From the NCBI RefSeq assembly GCF_006345805.1, contig NW_021836730.1:1-22817 (forward strand): 22,817 bases of DNA. Direction: 5' to 3'. Positions 1-9,640 of this stretch are shown here, piece after piece (positions within the stretch are counted from its first letter, which is position 1; the number at the start of each line of letters is the position of its first letter). The notes under the pieces were generated by a model. The model ran no database searches, was not told the DNA's origin, and saw only the letters and a program-made list of their open reading frames with translations. The stretch is from Octopus sinensis (Eukaryota). A program made the translations under genes and the position numbers.

Positions 1-140
1 TTGATGTTAGGAAAGGCATCTAACCAGAAATAGGAGACCAAAGCAGACGTTGAGCGCAGTGCAGTCCTTGGATCCTGTCCAGTCCAAGCCAGAAAGGAAC
101 ATGGATGTTAGGTGATGACGACAATGATGATGATGTTATT
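1..140 (+). mobile_element. 3' part of a SINE ending in a (GAT)n-like tail
   Basis: ttaggaaaggcatc...ccaagccagaaaggaacatggatgttaggtgatgacgacaatgatgatgatg. The same tail follows a tRNA-like head at 803-958, and a longer copy lies at 19801-19995. Confidence 0.7.
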
Positions 141-171
141 TACTCTGTTGATGATGACAATCAAGGCTATA

Positions 172-191
172 AATGTATAAGTGTGTATGTG

Positions 192-246
<55 letters not shown>

Positions 247-282
247 ATATATATATATATAAATATATATAAATATATATAA

Positions 283-319
<37 letters not shown>

Positions 320-322
320 AAT

Positions 323-375
<53 letters not shown>

Positions 376-455
376 TATATATGTATGTATGTATGTTATG
401 TATGTATGAATGTATGTATGTATGTATGTATGTATGTATGTATGGTGTATGTATA
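172..455. repeat. Compound (TA)n/(TATG)n microsatellite
   Basis: Directly visible; its counterpart is at ~20030-20290. Confidence 0.97.
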
Positions 456-591
456 GGCGTATATGGCGCAGATTTAACTCACCCTTCCCACTTTTTTGTG
501 AAATACGTAGAAAAGATTGGAGATAGTGATTCTGAAAAAAGTCATTGTTTGTAAAATGACATTTATTCAAAAGAAAAAAAATAAACCTCAC

Positions 592-700
592 CTCCCGATT
601 CTACGGTTTTCAACCAGGCTATCTACATGCTAGAAATAACAGCCATACCTCGAGCGAACTTTTTTGGGCACATAATTACAGCCTCTGTATCGAATGCTTT
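592..700 (-). repeat. Unclassified interspersed repeat, inverted relative to 1575-1750 and 19620-19795
   Basis: Reverse complement reads gcattcgatacagaggctgtaattatgtgcccaaaaaagttc...tttctagcatgtagatagcctggttgaaaaccgtagaatcgggag. This aligns with ggcgttcgatacagag...tagcatgtggatatcctgtttgaagcccatagaatcgggag at 1626-1731. Confidence 0.8.
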
Positions 701-802
701 GCATTTTACCCCATGGGGCAACGGAGTCACTTCGTTACTATCATCTATCTCTTGTAGTTCCTTCTTTTCATTTTCTCTTTCTTTCTCCTTCCGTTCTGTG
801 GA

Positions 803-958
803 AGTGCATGGCTCAGTGGTGAGATCGTCAGGCTCACACTCTCGAGATAGTGAGATCGATTCATGGAACGGATCTGAGCACAGTGCAGTCCTTGGTTCCT
901 GTCCAGCCCATGCCAGAAAATAACAGGGATGTTAGATGATGATGACAATGATGATGTT
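803..958 (+). mobile_element. tRNA-derived SINE, apparently internally deleted (head joined to tail)
   Basis: A-box-like tggctcagtgg (809-819), B-box-like gatcgattc (~854-862), then directly the tail seen at 51-140. Duplicate at ~20639-20795. Confidence 0.7.
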
Positions 959-1043
959 ATTTACTTTGTTAATGATGACAATCAAGGAAATGATGAACAT
1001 GATTATAAGCAATTTAGAATTGTTTTGTAAATGATTATTGATG

Positions 1044-1088
<45 letters not shown>

Positions 1089-1091
<3 letters not shown>

Positions 1092-1242
1092 GTGTGTGTT
1101 AATTAGCTTGCTAACGAACGACATGGTTCCTGGTTCAGTCCCACTGCGTGCTACCTTGGGCATGTGACTTCTACTATAGCCTCAGGACGACCAAGTCCTT
1201 GTGAGTGGATTTGGTAGACGATAACTGAAAAAACCCATCGTA

Positions 1243-1281
<39 letters not shown>

Positions 1282-1470
1282 GTGTGTATGTTTGTGTGTG
1301 TGTGTTGGTTTGTGTGTGTTTGTGTGTGTGTATGTGTGTATTTATGTTTGTGTGTCTGTGTGTGTCCCCGCAACATCGCTTGATTACCGATGCTTGTGTT
1401 TTTACGACCCCGTCTCTTAGCGTTTCGTTAAAATGAGAGAGATTAAATAAATAAAAGGCTTTCAAAAAAT
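1089..1470 (+). mobile_element. tRNA-derived SINE with internal (TA)n/(TG)n microsatellite
   Basis: B-box-like ggttcagtccc (1132-1142), CORE-like ccttgggcatgtgactt, ccttgtgagtggatttggtagac, microsatellite, then the 3' half (catcgcttgattaccgatg...cttagcgtttcg). Homologs lie at 15195-15605, 15650-15850 and 20892-21260. Confidence 0.85.
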
Positions 1471-1527
1471 ATCTACTACGGCCGGGTGGCCTGTCCAAAT
1501 GCGGTAAAGAACAAAACAGTAAAGAAC

Positions 1528-1567
<40 letters not shown>

Positions 1568-1574
1568 GTATATG

Positions 1575-1750
1575 CATGTGTTTGAAGCAAAATTGAAGGG
1601 TACAATTGTGTAGGAATATCCCATAGGCGTTCGATACAGAGTATATACGTATGTTCCAAAAACAGTTTGTGTGCGATTTGCTGCTTTTTCTAGCATGTGG
1701 ATATCCTGTTTGAAGCCCATAGAATCGGGAGGGGAGAGGGTTGATGCAGA
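1575..1750 (+). repeat. Unclassified interspersed repeat (possibly a DNA-transposon remnant)
   Basis: Homologous to 19620-19795 (+) and 592-700 (-). No TIR or ORF identified. Confidence 0.75.
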
Positions 1751-1974
1751 TTTTTTTATCTTATTTTGGAAAATTTCCAGAATCATGATCTCGTTTTTTT
1801 TATCACCTATTTTGCCCCAAAGAAATTTTGGAAAGCGAAAAATGAAGAATGGAGGGTGCAATTGAAATTTTGAATCGGTATCTCCATAACCGAAAACATG
1901 GTTCTCCGTAAAAAATACAAAAACGTGTTAGGGGTTGGTTACGTCTCCACAATGTGTACCTCACCTTACCACCA

Positions 1975-2763
1975 AGGTGAACAGGAGAAAAAAATTCTCG
2001 TAGCAGTTTAGGAGGGGAGAAATGCTTCAAATTGCACCCAGCCAGGTTTCTCTCACTACTATCACATCCAAGTTTTGCGACCTGAGGTCTTTGAGGACAA
2101 TCCGTTGTTTCCAATTCGTCGCCTGGCTGCAAACATTTAAAGACCTTACGTTGAGTGTAAACATGAAGAAAAAATTTGGTCTACCTTAGGTTAGAGATGG
2201 GCGTTAACCACTCACGTTTCATTTATTTAGGAGCTAGTGAAGTCTTCATGTGTGTGTGTATGTGCGTGCGTGTGTGTGTGTGTGAGTCTTCATGTTTAGG
2301 TGTGTCCTTATCCTACGATCGCAGCCTGACACGGTGTTGCCTTTGTTTATGTCTCCGGAAAGCAACTTTCATTGATAGAGGACGGAAGAATAAGGACAGA
2401 TTACAAAAAAATAAATAATCAGATCCATTTAATCCGCCGAAAACGCTTCAAGGCGGTGCACAAGCATTGCCCAAGCATTGCCAAGTCTGTTTGTGTGTGT
2501 GTGTATGTGTGTGTGTGTGTGTATGTGTGTGTGTGCGTGTGTGTATGTGTTCATGTTTATGTGCGTCCTTATCCTATGATCGCAGCCTAGCACGGTGTTG
2601 CTTTGTTTATGTCTCTATAAAGCAAAGTTCAGCGATAGAGGACGGAAGAATAAGGACAGATTACAAATACATAAATAAACAGGTAAAGCTAACCCGACGG
2701 AGACGCTTCAAGGCGGTGCCCCAGCATGGCCACAATCCAATGAATGAAAGAAATCCAAGGAAA
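1975..2763 (+). repeat. Locally multiplied repeat containing a diverged SINE 3' half, with the tail tandemly duplicated (2290-2470, 2530-2763)
   Basis: gtccttatcctacgatcgcagcct...gacggaagaataaggacagattacaaa...cttcaaggcggtgc occurs twice in tandem. Inverted copies lie at 4381-4865, 3830-3965 and 5396-5640. Confidence 0.85.
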
Positions 2764-2858
2764 TGAGCAATTTACTAAAACCTTCGATGTAAGGATGTAC
2801 TATGGAGCTTATTACTGCATTACTCCAGGTTTCCGAGAGAGAGAAGAGAAGTAGAATG

Positions 2859-2892
<34 letters not shown>

Positions 2893-2895
<3 letters not shown>

Positions 2896-3320
2896 CTGCC
2901 GACAAATTTGGCGCGAGTGCGATGATTTGAAAATTTTAGGTCAGATATTACCTTGGCAGGGTCGGAAATGCCTCGTGAAAATATCTGTTCCGACTTGTGG
3001 CTATTTCTTACTGAAGAATCTGAGGGCCTATGGAAGATTGGCCTGATTTAATTTAATCAGGTTAGTTTACATTAACAGCAGAGAAACGGTGCATCGTATA
3101 AGAAATTACAGGGTAAATGTTTTTTAAATTTTCTCCTGTTACGGAATTGATTTTTATGCGGTTGAAGCTTTGGCTGTTAATTTCTAGTGGGTGAAGGCCT
3201 ATTATGGCCGTCCTTGATTGTTGATGTTGACTAAAATGGTCTATAACTATTTAATTTTTTCCACTAGGCCGCTGGTGCAAAAAAATTTACAAAATTTTAT
3301 TTTTGTACCCTATATTGATT
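2893..3320. other. (TA)n-flanked ~430 bp segment present in duplication copy A and absent from copy B
   Basis: Copy B reads gtagaatgattt(at)n-acattcttacaatatactg (22658-22700) with no intervening segment. Confidence 0.9.
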
Positions 3321-3333
3321 AATATATATATAG

Positions 3334-3398
<65 letters not shown>

Positions 3399-3400
<2 letters not shown>

Positions 3401-3816
3401 CTTACAATATACTGTGACTGGTTGCTGAAATGTGGAAGTGTTAACCTCGACGTTGCAAACGCCGATAAAGTTGAAAAATTTATCATGGAACGATATGTCA
3501 CAAACCTTGTGATCTTGGCATAGTTGGAAAATTGTGAGAATGGCTTCATGACTTTCTGAAGGATAGAAGTCAGGTGGTAGTAGCCAATGGGGCTACCTCC
3601 AATGATACGCAAATAAGGACCGGTGTCCCGCAAGGCTCTGTTTTGGGAGCACTTCTGCTCATATTGTCCCTCTCAGAATGCCCTCAGAACGCCACGATCA
3701 CAAGTTATGCAGATGATACAAAAGTTTCACAGGTAACACAGAACCCTGAAGACACTATGCACCTGCAATGTGAGCTGGACAAAATATACAAGGGGGCTGA
3801 CAAGAATAGCATGTAG
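3399..3816 (+). pseudogene. CR1-group LINE reverse transcriptase fragment
   Basis: ORF 3574-3816 has GVPQGSVLGALL and YADDTK. The sequence is homologous in inverted orientation to ~11210-11640 (GVPQGTVLGPLLF, YADDTK). Confidence 0.88.
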
Positions 3817-3829
3817 TTCATTACTAAAA

Positions 3830-3934
3830 TTTGCTTTATAGAGACATAAACAAACCAACTCCATGTCAGGTGCAATCGTAGGATAAGGACATACATAAAC
3901 ATGAACACACACACACGCACACACACACACAGAT

Positions 3935-3965
<31 letters not shown>
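3830..3965 (-). repeat. Partial inverted copy of the 2290-2470 SINE-derived repeat with (CA)n
   Basis: ttgctttatagagacataaacaaa...tcgtaggataaggaca is the reverse complement of the 2530-2625 segment. Confidence 0.8.
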
Positions 3966-3970
<5 letters not shown>

Positions 3971-4054
3971 CTTCCAATGTTTAAGTAATGCAAACGATAG
4001 GCCGTACAAATTAAGTTATACTTAAGGCATTTAAATGAATTATAAAATAGTTTT

Positions 4055-4106
4055 AAGGGAGGTAACTCTCAAATATATTAAAATATAATTGAGAGTAGCT
4101 TCCCTT
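4055..4106. mobile_element. Miniature palindromic element (micro-MITE-like)
   Basis: aagggaggtaactctcaa...ttgagagtagcttccctt forms imperfect 18-nt inverted arms around an AT spacer. A related element lies at 14829-14870. Confidence 0.6.
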
Positions 4107-4380
4107 GAGAAGAAATATTTTATTTTACGTTAGCGTATTTTTTTGCGTGTGTGTTTGTTGTTCGATGTGTTCAAACGCTTCTATCCTTGAATCTGTTTGT
4201 ATATGCGGGTTTCTGTGTGTGTATGTGTGTGTGTGTGTGTGTGTGGTGGGTGTGGGTGGGTGGGTGTGTTTGCGAGAGAAGGAGTGGGAGGGAGAGAGGA
4301 AAGCATGGGAGGTTGGAGTAATGCAGAAATAAGCTCTATAGAACATCCTTACATCGAATCTTTTAACAGTTTGCTCTTCA

Positions 4381-4865
4381 CCCTGGATTCCCTTCATTCA
4401 TTGGATTGTGGCCATGCTGGAGCACCGCCTTCAAGATTTCTGACGGGTTAACTGGACCTATTTATTTATTTATTTGTAATTTCTCCTTATTCTTCCGTCC
4501 TGTATTGCTGAACGTTGCTTTATAGAGACATAAACAAAGCAACACCGTGTCAGGCTGCAATCGTAGGATAAGGACACGCATAAACATGAACACACACACA
4601 CCTAGAGACTTCACAAGCTCCTAAATAAATAGAACTGTATGTTTTAACGCCCATCTCCAAACTAAGTTTTTTCTTCATGTTTACACTCGATGTAGGGAGT
4701 TTAAATGTTTACATCCTGTCATCGAATTGGAAATAAGGGCTTTTCCTCAATGACCTCGTGTCGCTTAATTTGGATGTGTAGTAGTTAGAGAAACCTGGCT
4801 GAGTGGACTGACAAGCATTTCTCCCCGCCTAAACTGCAACGAGAAATTTATTTCTCCTGGTCACC
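4381..4865 (-). repeat. Inverted, diverged copy of 1975-2763
   Basis: tttctcctggtcacc, gagaaacctggctg, tcttcatgtttacactc, cgcccatctc, gctcctaaataaat and ggattgtggccatgctgg are reverse complements of colinear motifs in 1975-2763. Confidence 0.88.
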
Positions 4866-4869
4866 CAGA

Positions 4870-5390
4870 ATGTGAAGAGGGGCGGTCGTAATTCTGCTCA
4901 AGAAAAACTGGATTTAGCATCAAGAGTAATCTTTATTGATCCGAGGGTGGGAGTAGACTGGTCGTATTTGATGTAAACCTCACCATTGATAAGTCTTTCA
5001 GGCTGGGGGTTGTTTATAAACTCCGACGACCGGACAGTTAGACAATTTTCTAGGCTAGACAATTTTCTAGGTACGTCACACTCCTTAGTGGATTGTGTTT
5101 GCTCGAATACAGATAGGAGGAGAAACACGTATCTCTTCGATCTGCTTAAGCGTTTTTTGCTGGCAAATCTGTATATACTGGAACACCCAGACGCTCCGCT
5201 GTGGACATGGATGAATAGCGATGGGTCTTCTAGATCTTATATGGACAGGCTATTTCTTAGATGTATAGATAAAGATGTATTTGTGCGTGCACAATTTCAC
5301 TATGTTAACTACAGTGATCAGAAGCCTGTGACCTCAAAGTTTGAACTCGATAGGTTACATAGGCAAGGTCCCGGCGACTAGAATCTCCTT
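4870..5390 (+). pseudogene. L1/Tx1-type LINE APE endonuclease fragment
   Basis: ORF 4986-5381 has HPDAPLWTW...SRSYMDRLF...SDQKPV (SDH-like)...GPGD*NL, matching the L1/Tx1 endonuclease C-terminus (GxGxWKLN-like). Confidence 0.72.
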
Positions 5391-5395
5391 AGTTA

Positions 5396-5640
5396 CCTTG
5401 GATTTCTTTAATTCATTGGATTGTGGCCATGCTGGGGCTCCGCCTTGAAGAATTTTCGTCGTTTTAACTGGACCTATATATTTATTTATTTACTTGTAAT
5501 CTGTTCTTATGCTTCCGACCTGTAACGCTAAACGTTGCTTTATAGTGACATAAACAAAGTAACAACGTGTCAGGTTGCGATCAGAGGACAGGCATACACA
5601 CAAAATATCTCAGGGACGCATGCACACACACACACACACA
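5396..5640 (-). repeat. Another inverted copy of the SINE-derived tail repeat
   Basis: ccttggatttctttaattcattggattgtggccatgctggggctccgccttgaag matches 4381-4435 and the reverse complement of 2705-2760. Confidence 0.85.
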
Positions 5641-5699
5641 CCACACATACATACACACACCCTTAATACATAGACGCATTCAGATATGAATGCACTTGC

Positions 5700-5967
5700 A
5701 TTCATCCATGCCTGCGTATATTCATACATACATTTATACATATATACATACATACACATATATACATATACATACATACATACATACATGCATGCATACA
5801 CACATACATACATACATACACGCATGCATATACATATATGCATGCAAACATACCTACATACATGCATACATACAGTCGCACATGCATGCATACATACATG
5901 CATACATACATACATACATATATACATACATATATGCAATCACATATATATATATACATACAGACAC

Positions 5968-5998
<31 letters not shown>

Positions 5999-6056
5999 AT
6001 ATATATATATATATATAAATACATACATACATATATACGTATATATACATACATGC
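5700..6056. repeat. (TACA)n/(TGCA)n/(TA)n compound microsatellite
   Basis: Directly visible; it abuts the 3' break of RTE copy 1. Confidence 0.95.
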
Positions 6057-6059
6057 ATC

Positions 6060-9000
6060 GTTTTCTGACTACGAAGATGACTCATGAATCCAGCTTTACT
6101 GAGGCAGGGTCTTGCACAGACATCGCATGTCAGAATCAAAGGAAGACCCTTCCCTTCTGGAAGTGTACCAGCGATGCCCTTCCTGACATCCCTCCTTACT
6201 TTCTCATGTGCAACTCGAAATTTCTGAAATGTGGCTGTCCCCTCATGCACAATCTTTCTCCACCTGCTACGATCAATAGCTATGCCTTCCCATGTGTCAG
6301 GAGAGATGCAAGCATCTCTTAAGGAAGCCTTCAGCAAGTCCTTATACCTCTTTTTTGGTTTATGTGGAGGTCGTTCTTTTTTAGCTAACTCTCCATAAGA
6401 GAGTTGTTTTGGCATCCTTGAATCCTTCATTCTGACTAGATGACCACTCCATCTGAGCCTTTGCTTTAACACAAGAGCTTCTATACAAAATGTGTTGCAT
6501 ATCAATCTCTGTGTGTGCTACTAGCTCACAATCATCAGCATAAAAAAATGTTTTTATGATAGAGGTAAATATCTTTGTTTTTGCAGCAAGGCCCCTGATA
6601 TTAAATATGTTGCCAGAGGTTCGATAGTGGACGTAAACACCGTATCTGCAGTTTCTGAATGCAATACAGAACACCATCGCGAAATATATGGAAAATAGGG
6701 TCAATGCCAGAAATCCCCCAGTTTCACTCCTCTAGCATTCACCTTACCATTCATATTCATGAAAAGACCTAACCAAAGGAAGGAACTTTTCAGGACCCCC
6801 AATTTCTGGAGGACTTTCCACAATGCTTTTCTATTGACGGTATCAAAGGCTTTTGTCAGATCGATAAAAACCTGATACAAATCAAGACCCTGTTCCACAC
6901 ACTTTTCCTGAAGCTGTCTAACTGAAAAGATCATACCAGCAGTGGCACGTCCCACACGAAAGCCAGATTGACTTTCTGGAAGAACACAATCTGCAATGTA
7001 TTTCAGCAGACGATCAAGAAGTATCTTGCATAAAACCTTTCCTACAGCAGACAGCAATGATACTCCCCTATAATTACCACAATCATTCCCGTTGCTCTTT
7101 CCCTTATACAGGGCCACCATTACAGCATCTCTCCAGTCTATACCTTACCAAACAAAGAGTGAAGTTTCTGCAGAAGTTTCTCACCACCATGCTGTAACAA
7201 CTCCGCTTGTATGCCATCCATACCCGGAGACTTCCCATTATTCAACATTGAGACAGCCATTGCAACGTCTTCCAACTTTCGTGGTTCTGCGATGCTGCCT
7301 TCACAGGCAATCCAGGGCAGAGATTGAGAACATCCTCACTAACTACAGACTGTTGATTCAAAAGTTCATCAAAGTGTTCTTGCCACCTTCGCAGAATTCC
7401 TTGTGAATCATGAAGAACTTCTTTACCATCCCTGTTTCGAATTGGTGTCATCAGGGAAGACGTCGGTCCATAAACTTCTCGCAAGAGACCATACAGCAAC
7501 TTTGTGTTATTGGAATATGATACCGCCTGTATCTCACCAGCCTTCTTACTCCACCACGTATCCCTCATCTCTGAGAGCCTTTGCCTCAGACGTGATTTTA
7601 CATCCTTGAGTTCCCTATGCAACACTTCCCTTTCCTGTGGCTTTGCTGACTAATAGCGTGACAAAGTACGTCTTTTATCAGCCAATAAATCATCTATATG
7701 TTCATCATTTTCTTTAAACCAATCTTGATGCTTTCTTTGTATCAATCCCAGAACTTTCTTGCCAATATCATAAACTGACTTTTTAAGGGTTGGCCAATCC
7801 TCCCCAATATCTACAGCATTCATTTCCTCTCGCAAAGTTCTCTTCACACTATTACACCTAAGACGATCAACATCCAGTCTTTTAGGCAGGGTAATCCCTG
7901 CAGCTCGGATTTTATGTTTTGTGACTAATTTCACTTTTGCACGTACTTGGCGGTGGTCAGTCCAACACTCAGCTCCACGAAGAACACGATCACACTGCAC
8001 ATCCTGTCTGTCACACACTCTAACAAGGATGTATTCCAGAATATGCCATTCTTTGGATGCAGGGTGCATCCATGTAGTCTTAAACTTATTCTTTTGTTGA
8101 AACATGGTATTGGTAACACACAGACGCAGCTCCTCACACATCTGCAGCAAAAGCATGCCATTACTATTACGCTTCCCCACCCCATGCTTTCCAATTACAG
8201 TCCATGTGTTAAAATCCCTACCCACTCTAGCATTAAAGTCACCCAGTACGATGACTGCCCGTGGGATATTTCTTATAATTCCCTTCAAATCATGGTAGAA
8301 AGAAAGTTTTTCGTCATCAGTATAGAACATAGTTGGAGCATACACACTCACCAAGGTCATATAATTTCCTTTAACCAAAGGAATTCTCATGGACATAAGA
8401 CGCTCGTTAATTCCGACTGGGAATTCTTCCAACTTGTCCACAAGAGTAGTCTTATCAGCAAATGCCGCTCCAGCTTCTCCTCTAAACTCTTCATTCTTCC
8501 CTTTCCAAAAGAATGTATGTTTTCCACAAGATTCTGTAAGATGACCTTTCCAGGTAATCTCGTCTCAGATAAAGCAACGACGTCAAGATCATAGCGTTGA
8601 AGCTCCTTCGCAACAAGCGCAGTCCTTCTTTCAGGACATTCAGTGGACTTGCGGTCAAGTAGTGTCCGTACATTCCAACAGCCAATATTCAATATTTTCT
8701 TTGGTTCTATCACAGCAGCATGATGACGGCCGGGTTCAGACTGTGATGCTCTGGAGCCCCTGCCGGGCCAAACTCTTTCAGCTGATGTGGTTCCAGAGTC
8801 CTTACTGCCATTTATTTTTATACTGTTTTAGTACATCATTGATTTTTTGCTTTTTAAGGCTACAGCCAGCCATTCAGTTGAGACTCACAGCGCCATCAAC
8901 AATCATGAATTAGTTAATCAATTTAATCAATCAATCAATGTTGTTATCGTGCAATGCCTGTGCAAGAAGATTTATTTTTAAAGTAAGGAAAGGCTGTGCA

Positions 9001-9430
9001 CTGAGTCAGTCCCACTCACTAAGCAACAGCAGCCATAATCCGAAAAGAAGAACAAGTCAACATCATCGGTAACCACTGAGCCGCAGGTTTTATGTCAGAA
9101 TCATCCCAGTTACTTGAGTTACCTTCTCCTAGATAGATGCCCTAACAAAGGCTATGAGTCCTTCACTCCCAATGGTTTAACCGCGCGATCGGGTATTCAG
9201 TCCGATTATTTCCGGTGCATGATACAGCCTTAAGACATTTATTGGATGGCTGATGACTCTCAAGAATTCCTCCGCCCTTTGACGGGTTTTGTTTTTCATC
9301 CCGCAGGGTGTCCAATAAACACCTTCCTCACCAAGCAAGCTTGGCTGGGTTGCCAGTTTAGTCGCCGACGACACGACCATGCAACAGGTTGTACTGGGTT
9401 ACAAGTTACCAGTAGCACTTGAAAGTGACC
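6060..9430 (-). mobile_element. RTE-clade LINE copy 1: 5'-intact, frameshifted, internally deleted and 3'-truncated
   Basis: APE motifs GCWNVRTL, ALSETRL, YAPT, GDFNARVG and TDHR (7650-8713). RT motifs NYRGVSLLS, FIDLTKAFDTVNR and YADD (6381-7120). Then RLRWSGHLVRM...R.PKQL and one C2H2 finger (CDVC...SHLRS). The ~720 nt 5' UTR contains a ctaggagaaggtaactc motif recalled as typical of RTE leaders. Confidence 0.95.
9353..9430 (-). ncRNA. Candidate HDV-like self-cleaving ribozyme at the RTE 5' terminus (degenerate)
   Basis: Manual fold of the minus strand: P1 GGTCAC/ATGGTC, J1/2 hairpin CAAGT/ACTTG, P2 CCAGT/ACTGG, P3 ACA/TGC, L3 ACCTGT, mini P4 TCG-TCGG-CGA, J4/2 CTAA. P1 and P3 each carry one mismatch. 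G1 lies at the element boundary. Confidence 0.6.
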
Positions 9431-9434
9431 TGAC

Positions 9435-9449
9435 ACATATACATATATA

Positions 9450-9497
<48 letters not shown>

Positions 9498-9519
9498 ATA
9501 CATACATGCGTATATACAT

Positions 9520-9601
<82 letters not shown>

Positions 9602-9640
9602 CATACATATTTACATATATAAATTTATATATATAAATAC
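9435..9640. repeat. (TA)n microsatellite
   Basis: Directly visible; lies immediately 5' of RTE copy 1. Confidence 0.97.

Larger units (their letters stand above)
1..3530 (+). repeat. Segmental/tandem duplication copy A (near-identical to 19857-22817)
   Basis: Base 1 (ttgatgttaggaaaggcatctaaccag) matches 19857, and cttggcatagttggaaa at 3514-3530 matches 22801-22817. The copies are colinear apart from microsatellite lengths, scattered SNPs, small indels and one ~0.5 kb indel. Confidence 0.97.

Noticed and set aside
136-591. ORFs rich in IY/HT/CV repeats (also 5610-6322, 9379-9722, 10093-10450, 15047-15570, 19993-20427)
   Set aside because: Translations of stop-free dinucleotide and tetranucleotide microsatellites, not proteins.
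592-795. Possible minus-strand exon (cacag acceptor at ~796, AG/GTGAGG donor at 591)
   Set aside because: All three frames contain stops, and half of the segment is an interspersed repeat.
803-872. tRNA gene
   Set aside because: A/B-box-like motifs are present, but there is no cloverleaf and it runs into a SINE tail.
2945-2961. atattaccttggcaggg resembles the U1 snRNA 5' end
   Set aside because: The match is imperfect and does not continue into U1 stem-loops or an Sm site.
2942-3010. Second possible HDV-like fold around cctcgt
   Set aside because: No P3 pairing and no C-N-R-A J4/2 could be assigned.
7947-8594. 215-aa plus-strand ORF and similar ORFs (16472-16858, 19087-19440, 11851-12159)
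   Set aside because: Antisense shadows of LINE coding sequence with no independent motifs.
9250-9290. ctgatga hammerhead core motif (also ~13483)
   Set aside because: No stem II followed by GAAA, and no closing helices.
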